The translations under genes were made by a program, and so were the position numbers. The notes under the pieces are model-generated. The model was not told the origin of the DNA. It did not search any database and saw nothing but the letters and a program-made list of their open reading frames with translations. 64,000 nucleotides of DNA from Candidatus Iainarchaeum sp. (GTDB taxonomy: Archaea; Iainarchaeota; Iainarchaeia; Iainarchaeales; VGJJ01), in assembly GCA_043803765.1 (NCBI GenBank), contig JAZDJQ010000018.1, positions 95,795 through 159,794 on the forward strand, given 5' to 3'. How positions within the stretch are numbered: position 1 is the stretch's first letter; every line of letters starts with the position of its first letter. Below are positions 9,812 to 18,760 of this stretch, in pieces.

Positions 9812-11656
9812 ATGCGATTTGAACCACTGGCTGAAGCATTCGACCGGATCGAAAAGACGGCAAAAAGACTGGACATGACGGAACAACTGGCAACGCTGTT
9901 CGAAAAAACAACAGTAGAAGACATGCCAAACGTAGTATATTTCCTACAAGGAAGACTTGCTCCTGCCTACGAGAACATCGAAACAGGACTGGGAGAGAAA
10001 TTCGTTATTCAAGCCATAGGAAAAGCAACCGGATACACGAAAGAGGACGTGGAAAAACGATTCAAAAAAACAGGGGATTTGGGAGAAACCGCCGCACAAC
10101 TGGTAGAAAAAAAAACACAACAATCACTCATCCGACAAACACTCACCGTGAAAAAAGTACATGATAATTTCATGAAACTTGCCACTCAAACGGGAGAGGG
10201 AACACAGGAAATGAAAATACGATTCCTTGCAGAACTGCTCAATTCCGCATCTCCCAACGAGGGAAAATTTATCGTACGATTCGCACTAGGAGCATTACGA
10301 TTAGGAGTAGGGGACCCTACATTAATGGATGCCATGGCACAGGTTCACTTGAACGAATACATAGGAAAAAACCCCAAAATAGTAGAGGAGATTGAAGAAA
10401 AAGAAAGCAAGAAAAAACCAGAGGAAATACAGCGCAAAATAAGACTCAAAATGAGAGAAATGATCGAGGCAAAATACAATATCCACTCCGACTTGGGACA
10501 TATCGGAATGCTGCTTGCCGCACACGGATTGAAAGGGATAGACAAAATAGGAATAGAACCCGGCGTCCCCATCCGCCCCACGTTGGCGGAACGCCTTCCG
10601 CTATCAAAAGAAATAATTGAAAAACTAGGAAAATGCATCGTGGAAAGCAAATATGATGGATTTAGACTGCAAGTTCATAAAAAAGGAAAAAAAGTGTGGG
10701 TTTTTTCACGCAACCTAGAAAACATGTCGGATATGTTCCCTGAAATCGTGGAAGCCGCACAAAAACAACTGAAAGCGGATGATTGTATTGTAGAAGGAGA
10801 AGCACTTGCCGTGAACGAGGAAACAGGAGAATTCTTCCCATTCCAGGTTACCATTCAACGAAAAAGAAAATATGATATTGAAATGAAAGCAAAGGAATTA
10901 CCACTCAAGTTATTCCTATTCGATATTATGTACAAAGACGGAAAAAATATTATGCCACTCCCATTCCATGAACGGAGAGAAAAACTCAAAAAAATAATTG
11001 AGAAAGGAGACACGATTGAATTAACAAATGCCATTATCACCGATAAAGAAAAAGAAGTGGATGCATTCTTCAATGAAAACGTTTCAGAAGGATTAGAAGG
11101 AATCATGTGCAAGGACTTGAATGCACCCTACATTGCGGGAGCAAGAAAATTTGCTTGGATTAAACTCAAGAGGTCGTATAAGGGAGAATTGCAGGACTCG
11201 GTGGATTTGGTGATTATAGGGTATTACAAAGGAAAAGGAAAACGCACCACGTTTGGATTGGGAGGATTGCTTGCCGCCGTATATGATGAAAAGAAGGACG
11301 AATTCAAATCCATCACACGCATCGGAACGGGTTTTTCAGAACAGGCATTGGGAGAATGGTATGAACGCCTCATGAAGCACAAAACCGACCACAAACCAGT
11401 ACGAGTCGATAGCGAAGTAATCCCCCACCAGTGGGTAAAACCTGTTTTTGTGGTGGAAGTAAGAGCAGACGAAATAACCCAAAGCCCGATGCATACCGCA
11501 GGAAAAAAAGACAAAGACGACACAGGATACGCACTCCGATTCCCACGAATTATCAAATTACGAAACGATAAAGAACCCGAACAGGCAACAACAGTAAGAG
11601 AAATCATCCGAATGTATGAAAACCAAAAACGAGTAAAAGTGGAGGAAAACAAATGA
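9812..11656 (+). CDS. lig: ATP-dependent DNA ligase
   Basis: ESKYDGFR adenylation motif, EGE, EGIMCK, WIKLK, LRFPR. Confidence 0.97.
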   Translation: MRFEPLAEAFDRIEKTAKRLDMTEQLATLFEKTTVEDMPNVVYFLQGRLAPAYENIETGLGEKFVIQAIGKATGYTKEDVEKRFKKTGDLGETAAQLVEKKTQQSLIRQTLTVKKVHDNFMKLATQTGEGTQEMKIRFLAELLNSASPNEGKFIVRFALGALRLGVGDPTLMDAMAQVHLNEYIGKNPKIVEEIEEKESKKKPEEIQRKIRLKMREMIEAKYNIHSDLGHIGMLLAAHGLKGIDKIGIEPGVPIRPTLAERLPLSKEIIEKLGKCIVESKYDGFRLQVHKKGKKVWVFSRNLENMSDMFPEIVEAAQKQLKADDCIVEGEALAVNEETGEFFPFQVTIQRKRKYDIEMKAKELPLKLFLFDIMYKDGKNIMPLPFHERREKLKKIIEKGDTIELTNAIITDKEKEVDAFFNENVSEGLEGIMCKDLNAPYIAGARKFAWIKLKRSYKGELQDSVDLVIIGYYKGKGKRTTFGLGGLLAAVYDEKKDEFKSITRIGTGFSEQALGEWYERLMKHKTDHKPVRVDSEVIPHQWVKPVFVVEVRADEITQSPMHTAGKKDKDDTGYALRFPRIIKLRNDKEPEQATTVREIIRMYENQKRVKVEENK

Positions 11657-11895
11657 GAAAACAATTCTTACTCGTGCTCGACCATTTCATACGAATTGCA
11701 TTGTTCCTCATCGCAGCCGGACTCGTCATATCCTTCATTGTGGCGATTGACAATTTTTTGATAACACAACGATTGTACTTCCTCCGCACAGGAAACTGGG
11801 ATGATTTAATCACGATTAGTGCATTTGGAATTTTGATTGCATATGTACTCAAACGATTACTCATCATGCAATACCGCTGGGGAGTGAAGCAATGA
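11653..11895 (+). CDS. Small two-TM membrane protein
   Basis: ATGA overlaps with both neighbours; two hydrophobic segments. Confidence 0.7.
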   Translation: MRKQFLLVLDHFIRIALFLIAAGLVISFIVAIDNFLITQRLYFLRTGNWDDLITISAFGILIAYVLKRLLIMQYRWGVKQ

Positions 11896-12872
11896 ACGTA
11901 TTCAAACTCCTTATTACCGCCATTATTGCCATCGCATTAGTAGGAATCATCTTCTTCGATTTTGCATCTTATTTTACGCAGAATGAAAACCTAAACGCGC
12001 ACACTCGGACCGCACTACTCGAAGCTCAAGCCGATTTGGGAACAGCCAAAAACATTACCCTATCCGTAAAAAAAGAACAAACGCTCTACGCACGAAGTTT
12101 AGATGAACCAACACGCACCGTGGCATTTGCTTGTTCAACCAGCGCATGCTGCTCAACATTCAACGAGTGCACACAACCATTATCCGTTACACCGGAACGA
12201 ATGAAAGTAAATCAATCCATTCAAACAACGATTTCCGCGCGCTGTGAGAAAGAATCGGGAATACATATATGCAAAGTATATTTTGGAAAAGCACCCGCGC
12301 AGCTGCAACTCATTGAAACGAGCATTCCCAAAACTATTTCCATAGATGAAGACAACCAGCTTATTAGCACAATCACGGTGCAAAACACGGGAGAAGTAGC
12401 CGGCGGAGAAGGAAACATCGTGTTTGAATTAAAGGAAAACCAAATTTTTGCCGGAAAAGAAGAATGGGTAACAATTCATTCCCAAGAAGCAGCATTAGAG
12501 TCTATTCTCCCTAAAGAAAAAAAAGAATTCACCTTCACGGGAACCATTCCACAAAAAGGAAAATACCAAGTAGTCATTCACGCTACCGCTACTGAAAGCG
12601 GAAGCATCAACCAAACATTTGATATCACCGCAACAGGAGAGGGAATTTCACTCTGCAAACAAGACTATTCCCAAAAAGAAAACCCAACGTTTGACGGAAT
12701 ATCCAACAAATGCCAGCTCAAACGATTCTGCACCGGATGCCACTTTGCATATGAGTGCAAGGACGCATGGAGCAACGTTCCCATGACGGGGGGAGCATAC
12801 TATGATAACGATGGAAGCCAACCCAACTACGTGTATGTGTATTATGACCTTTTACCTAATGGAACATGCTAG
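11892..12872 (+). CDS. Exported Cys-rich protein with CARDB/Ig-like domain
   Basis: N-terminal hydrophobic helix; TVQNTG...F.GT.P.KG.Y pattern; Cys-rich C-terminus. Confidence 0.7.
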   Translation: MNVFKLLITAIIAIALVGIIFFDFASYFTQNENLNAHTRTALLEAQADLGTAKNITLSVKKEQTLYARSLDEPTRTVAFACSTSACCSTFNECTQPLSVTPERMKVNQSIQTTISARCEKESGIHICKVYFGKAPAQLQLIETSIPKTISIDEDNQLISTITVQNTGEVAGGEGNIVFELKENQIFAGKEEWVTIHSQEAALESILPKEKKEFTFTGTIPQKGKYQVVIHATATESGSINQTFDITATGEGISLCKQDYSQKENPTFDGISNKCQLKRFCTGCHFAYECKDAWSNVPMTGGAYYDNDGSQPNYVYVYYDLLPNGTC

Positions 12873-12881
12873 AAAAAAGGC

Positions 12882-13478
12882 CTAAATTTCTCCTCGCCCC
12901 CACCGTACAAACTCATGAATCAACTCTCCATGAAAAAATTCAGGGTGAAACTGGAAACCCATTATTTTTTTGGTTGAATGAACCATTATTTCGTTTGGGT
13001 TTTGATCGGAACACCCTATACGATTGAACCCTTTTGGAAGGGACACTTTGCTTTCATTAAGATGATAAAAAGAAAAAACATTACCCTCTTTTTTTCCCCT
13101 ACCAAACCAGGAAAAGGAGTTCTTCACCAAGCGCACGCGCATCATTCCAATCGAAGGCGTTTTGAGAGAAGATAATTTCCCACCGAAAACAAGCGACAAC
13201 AGCTCATGACCGGCACAAATACCCAATAATGGAACATTGGTTTTGTGCAACCAAGATAATTTTTTGGCATATTGTGTAAAATGATTATCGGCAAGCGGGC
13301 ACCCGGAGAAAATAATCGCATCCACATTCTTCGCATTGCGCGGTGCTAATTTTGATAGTGAAACAACTTGAGTAGGAAAACCCACACTGCGCTGAATCGG
13401 CCAGACAAACTCACGACGGGATAAGATGTCATCCCGCGCCGCACAATTCACCACCAATACTACTCCAAAGTTAGTCAT
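12882..13478 (-). CDS. Class I glutamine amidotransferase (GuaA-A-like)
   Basis: LLGICAGHE nucleophile elbow and GFQFHPE (Cys-His-Glu triad). Confidence 0.85.
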   Translation of the reverse strand: MTNFGVVLVVNCAARDDILSRREFVWPIQRSVGFPTQVVSLSKLAPRNAKNVDAIIFSGCPLADNHFTQYAKKLSWLHKTNVPLLGICAGHELLSLVFGGKLSSLKTPSIGMMRVRLVKNSFSWFGRGKKEGNVFSFYHLNESKVSLPKGFNRIGCSDQNPNEIMVHSTKKIMGFQFHPEFFHGELIHEFVRWGRGEI

Positions 13479-14197
13479 TTTCTTCCCTTCCTCTTTTTTT
13501 CAAGAGAAGCATCCCTTTTTTCTAGATGCGCCTTCAAAACATGACGCGTTCCCTGCAATCCTTTCCACTCATCTTTCCACTTTTCAATATGCACGCGTTT
13601 ACTAAAAAGCGGGGCATCCAAAACAAGAGACTCGAACTCGCCTCCTTCCCCCGAGGGATTAATTCCAATTCGCGGGGAGTCCAACGCAAGGAGCTCCTCC
13701 ACATTTTCAAGCGTAATCACTTTTCCCAACCAATTCTTTTCCAATCCCTTTGCCGCAACACGAACGAGCATGACTTCAAATCCTTGTATTACTAATTCGT
13801 GCCAATGCGCACGAGGAGGAGACAACCAGAGAGGATTGAAACAGGTTAAACCGATTTCATGGCACATTTTTTGAATACGAGAAGACTGATAGGAGGAATG
13901 AATAGCACCGGTTATGATTCCCTGAATCCCTGCATTTTTCTTCAAATCAAGAAGCGCGTTTTTCAAATCCGCTACCTCGTTTTCTTTTTTCCCTTTCGAA
14001 TACACGGTTACGAGGGGAATGTTCATACTCTCTGCTTGCAATGATGTCAGGGAAATGTTGGGCGTGTGATACATATAGGAATTATCATTTTGAGAGGAAA
14101 CCGAAACCAAACACACTATTTGATTTCCAGAACGATGAGCAAGATGGGTTGCGTACACGGAATCCTTTCCACCCGAAAACAAAACAGCAAGACGCAT
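13475..14197 (-). CDS. dph6: Diphthine-ammonia ligase
   Basis: LFSGGKDS, SYMYH, GAIHSSYQ, PLW, GEGGEFES; ATG 14197. Confidence 0.9.
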   Translation of the reverse strand: MRLAVLFSGGKDSVYATHLAHRSGNQIVCLVSVSSQNDNSYMYHTPNISLTSLQAESMNIPLVTVYSKGKKENEVADLKNALLDLKKNAGIQGIITGAIHSSYQSSRIQKMCHEIGLTCFNPLWLSPPRAHWHELVIQGFEVMLVRVAAKGLEKNWLGKVITLENVEELLALDSPRIGINPSGEGGEFESLVLDAPLFSKRVHIEKWKDEWKGLQGTRHVLKAHLEKRDASLEKKRKGRK

Positions 14198-14198
14198 A

Positions 14199-15149
14199 TT
14201 ATACTCCCATTGGGATTTGTTCGAGTATGGTTCGGGCACGCCCTGCCCTTTTCCCTTTTTGCATGGCCGCATCAACAGCAGACAAAAGAATGCCCGGCTT
14301 GGGATAGGACTTATCAAGGGATGCCTTTCCCATTACTGCTGCCGTAAATTGAACGGGATTATTCCATTGTTTAAGGGCAACATGATAAGCGCTTCCCTCT
14401 GGGTGAAACTGCTGAAGATTCTGCCGAAAAACACGTGTAGAAGTAATACGAGCAAATCGCACACGTAAAGAATCCATTATTTCTTTCGCTTTCGTTGGGG
14501 AAACGGGAAGAAAAAACTGATACTCTTCTCCGCCTACACGCCCTGAAAAACCACCATGCCTCGCACACACCTCAGCCAATTTCTCAGAGAAACGCATCAA
14601 AACAAAATTACCGCTTTCCTGACCAAATTTCTTATTTATCTTTCCAAAATAATCCAAATCAATCATCCCCACTGAGAACGGTTGACGATTAGGCCGATTT
14701 AGGCGACTATAAAGCAATGCATCAAATGCCTTTCGATTAAACACGGCAGGAGTACGGTCATGAACGAGACGCTCCTTTTTAGCAATTAGACGAATAGCGG
14801 ATGCCTCTTTGAGAATATGACGATACTTTTCTACAACCGATTGTTGCACATCAAGTTTGAGTCGTTTAAAATCACGGCGAAAAGAAGGAGAATTAAAAAT
14901 TCTCTGCGCATCCCGCGCACGACGCAGGGCGACATTCTCCGCAATATTAAAATCAAAAGGATTCGTAATAGCTGAACGACCCAAACGAGCAACCGAACGA
15001 TGATGAGTATATCCCGTTATTGCCTTTCGAATAGGCAACGCTTGAACCGATTGAAAAGGAGACAATTGCTGAATAAGCTGCTGGCCAAGTAAACGCTCTG
15101 AATTGGTAGAAACGGACCTACGATGACGAGCATTTTTAGGAGGCATCAT
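14199..15149 (-). CDS. GGDEF-domain protein with basic N-terminal region
   Basis: DRTPAVFNRKAF, IDLDYFGKINKKFGQESGN, GRVGGEEY, KRAGRAR; TTTATATA box ~25 bp upstream of ATG 15149/15146. Confidence 0.85.
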   Translation of the reverse strand: MMPPKNARHRRSVSTNSERLLGQQLIQQLSPFQSVQALPIRKAITGYTHHRSVARLGRSAITNPFDFNIAENVALRRARDAQRIFNSPSFRRDFKRLKLDVQQSVVEKYRHILKEASAIRLIAKKERLVHDRTPAVFNRKAFDALLYSRLNRPNRQPFSVGMIDLDYFGKINKKFGQESGNFVLMRFSEKLAEVCARHGGFSGRVGGEEYQFFLPVSPTKAKEIMDSLRVRFARITSTRVFRQNLQQFHPEGSAYHVALKQWNNPVQFTAAVMGKASLDKSYPKPGILLSAVDAAMQKGKRAGRARTILEQIPMGV

Positions 15150-15199
15150 GGAAACGGACGCATTCACCTATATAAATTCCAAACCATTCCCATGGTATA

Positions 15200-16117
15200 A
15201 TGAAACCCATTATTATCGCATTTGGGGGAAATGCCCTCATCCGGGAGAATGAAATAGGGAATTATGCCCAACAAATACACAACTGCAGGGCGGCCGTAAA
15301 AGAACTCGTTCCCCTCATCAAAAAGGAAATCCCAATCGTAATTGTTCATGGAAACGGACCCCAAGTGGGAAATTTAGAAATACAAATGCATTCCACTAGA
15401 AAAATTCCAAGTATGCCATTAGATGTAGAAGTAGGGATGACACAAGGACAGATTGGCCATTTTCTAACAATGGGATTGAAACACTGGCTTCCAAATGTGG
15501 AGGCGGCTGCTATTTTGACCCATGTGGAAGTGGACAAGAAAGACACGGCATTTCGAGTACCAAGCAAACCCATTGGACCATGGGAAGATGAAAAACAAGC
15601 AATGCGTTGGAAAAAAGAAAGAATACATTACCTGTTTGACCCAAAAAAAGGGTATCGAAAAATGGTTGCCTCCCCGCAACCCAAAAAAATAATAGAAATA
15701 GAAACCATACAACAATTATTGGATGCGCATTCCGTTGTGATTGCATGCGGAGGAGGAGGCATTCCCATTGTAAGAGAAAAAAAAGGATGGAAGGGAGTAG
15801 AAGCGGTGATTGACAAAGACCGAGCCGCACAAGTAGTAGCTAATACTCTTCACGCTGAAAAACTAGTCATTCTCACAAACGAAGAAAGAGCGTATCGGGA
15901 TTTTTACTCAAAAAAACCCATTCCATTAGAAAAACTCTCTCTTCACGAGGCACAAATACTATGGAAAAAAGGAGAATTTGGAGAAGGAAGCATGGCACCT
16001 AAAATAGAAGCCTGCATCCGATTCATTCAAAAAGGAGGAAAGACTGCCTACATTGGAAAAACAGGGAAAATGGAGAAGGTGATGCGTCATGAAACCGGAA
16101 CTCGCATTATACGATGA
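15200..16117 (+). CDS. arcC: Carbamate kinase
   Basis: AFGGNAL, HGNGPQVG, GGGGIP, EAVIDKD, GSMAPK. Confidence 0.95.
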   Translation: MKPIIIAFGGNALIRENEIGNYAQQIHNCRAAVKELVPLIKKEIPIVIVHGNGPQVGNLEIQMHSTRKIPSMPLDVEVGMTQGQIGHFLTMGLKHWLPNVEAAAILTHVEVDKKDTAFRVPSKPIGPWEDEKQAMRWKKERIHYLFDPKKGYRKMVASPQPKKIIEIETIQQLLDAHSVVIACGGGGIPIVREKKGWKGVEAVIDKDRAAQVVANTLHAEKLVILTNEERAYRDFYSKKPIPLEKLSLHEAQILWKKGEFGEGSMAPKIEACIRFIQKGGKTAYIGKTGKMEKVMRHETGTRIIR

Positions 16118-17087
16118 AATAGACCGCATACTTGAAACGAAAGAAATGCGCAAACTCAATGGAAAAGATTTTATCCAATTCGATGATGTAAATGCCCACC
16201 AAATATTCATGCTATTCCAAATCGCCGAGCGAATGAAAACACTGCACGCACAAAAAAAACCATTACCCCCGCTCCTGAAACAAAAAACAATCGCATTATT
16301 ATTCGAAAAACCCTCCACACGAACACGAGTATCGTTCGATGTTGGAATCAATTTGCTAGGCGGTCATTCCGTATTCATCGACAAACAATCCACCCAAATG
16401 GGAAGAGGAGAAGACTGGAAAGATACCGCCCACACCCTTTCCCAATACACGGACGCCATCATGGGAAGAGTATTTGAGCATAAAGAATTGGAACTCATGG
16501 CCGACTATTCCCCTCACCCCGTAATTAATGGACTTACCAATGAAGACCACCCCTGCCAAACACTCTCTGATTTGTATACGATACACGAACACTACAAAGG
16601 ATATCACAACATTACGGTCATGTACGCAGGAGTAGCTAACAATGTAAGCAATTCACTCATGGTAGGGTGCGGAATGGTGGGAATCAACATGGATATTGTC
16701 TCACCCAAACCATTTCCTGTCTCACAGAAATATTACCGACTGGCCAAAAAATATTCCAAAAAAACAAACGTGGAAATACGCACGTTTACCTCGATGCCGG
16801 ACAAAAAAACACTCAAAAATGTAAATATTGTATATACCGATGAATGGGAAAGCATGCACATGAAACTGGATAAGAAAAAAATACTCCCACTATTGAAACC
16901 ACTACAAGTGAATGACAAACTGCTTAATCAATGCGCCCGCAATGTGAATGCCATGCACTGCCTCCCCGCAAAAAAAGGGGAAGAAATAACCGAAAACGTG
17001 ATATATGGAAAACGCAGCCTCATTTGGAAGCAAGCACAAAATAGAATGTGGACGCAAATGGCATTGATGAGTACCCTACTAAAGTAG
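16089..17087 (+). CDS. arcB: Ornithine carbamoyltransferase
   Basis: FEKPSTRT, HPCQ, HCLP; follows arcC, which suggests a catabolic role. Confidence 0.9.
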   Translation: MKPELALYDEIDRILETKEMRKLNGKDFIQFDDVNAHQIFMLFQIAERMKTLHAQKKPLPPLLKQKTIALLFEKPSTRTRVSFDVGINLLGGHSVFIDKQSTQMGRGEDWKDTAHTLSQYTDAIMGRVFEHKELELMADYSPHPVINGLTNEDHPCQTLSDLYTIHEHYKGYHNITVMYAGVANNVSNSLMVGCGMVGINMDIVSPKPFPVSQKYYRLAKKYSKKTNVEIRTFTSMPDKKTLKNVNIVYTDEWESMHMKLDKKKILPLLKPLQVNDKLLNQCARNVNAMHCLPAKKGEEITENVIYGKRSLIWKQAQNRMWTQMALMSTLLK

Positions 17088-17189
17088 ATTCGAATACTCC
17101 ATATTATTCTACTAAGAGATTCTTCATCCCAAAGTTCCCCCCACGTGCTTTTATACCCTTTTCTATTCCTCATAGAAAAGGGAAAAGAG

Positions 17190-17882
17190 ATGACACTGCA
17201 CCACTTTATCAACGAGATTCTTGGCCAAGGAAAGAAAGAGAACCAAACCCCCTTGAACGTAGAAAAAACTCCATCCAAACGCACAAGAAAGATCCAAAAA
17301 ATCCAGAAAATATGCATCGACATGGCCATCGACATCGTAAAAGCAGGAGAAGGAGGATTATTCGTCATTGGGGAAACGAAAAACTATTCCATTCTTTTCC
17401 CAAACCTTTTCGAAAACACAACAACAACCATTTTCGACAAGGGAATGGACAAAGTATTAGTCAAACTAGGACAAATCGATGGCGCTATCGTCATCGACTC
17501 CGGAGGAAAAATAAAAGCATACGGCGCCCACCTTACACGACAAATAGCCCACCCCGGGCATGGAACACGGCATGCCGCAGCAAAAGGAATTTCCGTACAA
17601 CCCGGGGTTACCGCAGTGCTCGCATCACAAGAAGACAAAATGGTACGAATATTCAAGGGAGGCGTGCAAATGGTCGAAATCAACCCCCACACCAAAGGAG
17701 TAGAAACCCATTTGGACAAAATAGTAAACTTCATCAACAAGCCTGAAGCGGCACTCGTAACAGGAGCAGCAGTAGGAAGCACCGTGCTAGGGGTTGCACT
17801 ACTTCCCGGAATAGTAGTATTTGCAGGAGGATACCTACTCGCAAGCAAAATATTCGGATTAGCGAAAGATACGCGGAAATAA
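17190..17882 (+). CDS. Diadenylate cyclase (DisA_N/DAC domain) with C-terminal hydrophobic anchor
   Basis: IDGAIVI and GTRHAAA motifs; Gly/Ala-rich TM-like tail. Confidence 0.85.
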   Translation: MTLHHFINEILGQGKKENQTPLNVEKTPSKRTRKIQKIQKICIDMAIDIVKAGEGGLFVIGETKNYSILFPNLFENTTTTIFDKGMDKVLVKLGQIDGAIVIDSGGKIKAYGAHLTRQIAHPGHGTRHAAAKGISVQPGVTAVLASQEDKMVRIFKGGVQMVEINPHTKGVETHLDKIVNFINKPEAALVTGAAVGSTVLGVALLPGIVVFAGGYLLASKIFGLAKDTRK

Positions 17883-18130
17883 ACCAAATGGCTTTCTCCC
17901 CGCCAAAAGGACAAGGTATCAGCCGTTTTTCCTGACCTTCAGTATAATACAGAGGCATTACGATACCCACAATCCGTTAGAATCGCATGGTTCTCAAAAG
18001 GTCAAATGACACCATGACAATAGTAAAAAAAAGGCGTTATTGAACAATAGAATAAAATCCAAGCAAATGGAAAGAATTAACAGGGAGAACACATTGTACT
18101 TGTTTGAATTTCCACTCGGAGGCAATCCAT

Positions 18131-18508
18131 ATGACCGGTTACACTACCAACATCGAAAATAAAACAATCCAAAATGAATTCTACCGAAAAGTATTATTTA
18201 CGGGAAAAAAAATACAACTCGTAGTCATGTCCATTCGCGTAGGAGAAGACATTCCACTCGAAACACACCCCAAAACAGACCAATTCATCCGCATCGAAAA
18301 AGGAACGGCGTTCGTTAAAATAGGAGAAGAAGAACACACGCTCAATGAAGACGAAATCGTCATCATTCCAGCCGGAAATCCCCACTACGTAAAAAATGCC
18401 TCCCCAACTAAAGTATTGAAACTCTATTCATTATACGCCCCACCCGAACACCCGGATGGAACGATTCACAAAACATGCAAAGATGCGGCGAAAGCCGAGC
18501 ATCATTGA
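18131..18508 (+). CDS. Cupin-domain protein
   Basis: ETHPKTDQFIRIEKG...IPAGNPHYV...YAPPEH. Confidence 0.9.
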   Translation: MTGYTTNIENKTIQNEFYRKVLFTGKKIQLVVMSIRVGEDIPLETHPKTDQFIRIEKGTAFVKIGEEEHTLNEDEIVIIPAGNPHYVKNASPTKVLKLYSLYAPPEHPDGTIHKTCKDAAKAEHH

Positions 18509-18516
18509 CAACGAAG

Positions 18517-18542
18517 AAAAACAATACGGGGCGGGAGAGATT
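18517..18542 (-). repeat. Displaced copy of the tRNA-Pro(CGG) 3' end plus flank
   Basis: 25/26 identity to 18609-18634 (offset 92). Confidence 0.85.
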
Positions 18543-18618
18543 CAGAACGCACCCCTTTTTCTTTAAAAGAAAAAGTCGCGCCCGGTCAAAAAGAACAACC
18601 CATTCACAAAAAACAAAA

Positions 18619-18691
18619 CGGGGCGGGAGAGATTTGAACTCTCGCCTGCACCTCCCGAAGGTGCAATCCTACCAGGCTAGACGACCGCCCC
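18619..18691 (-). tRNA. tRNA-Pro (CGG)
   Basis: GGGGCGG/CCGCCCC, GCACC-TTCGGGA-GGTGC, GAGAG-TTCAAAT-CTCTC. Confidence 0.95.
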
Positions 18692-18760
18692 AGTAAAAAC
18701 AGTCGTATCTCACACTGTGTGAAATACCCTTAAAAATGGGCTTTCCATTGGTTGGGCAGT

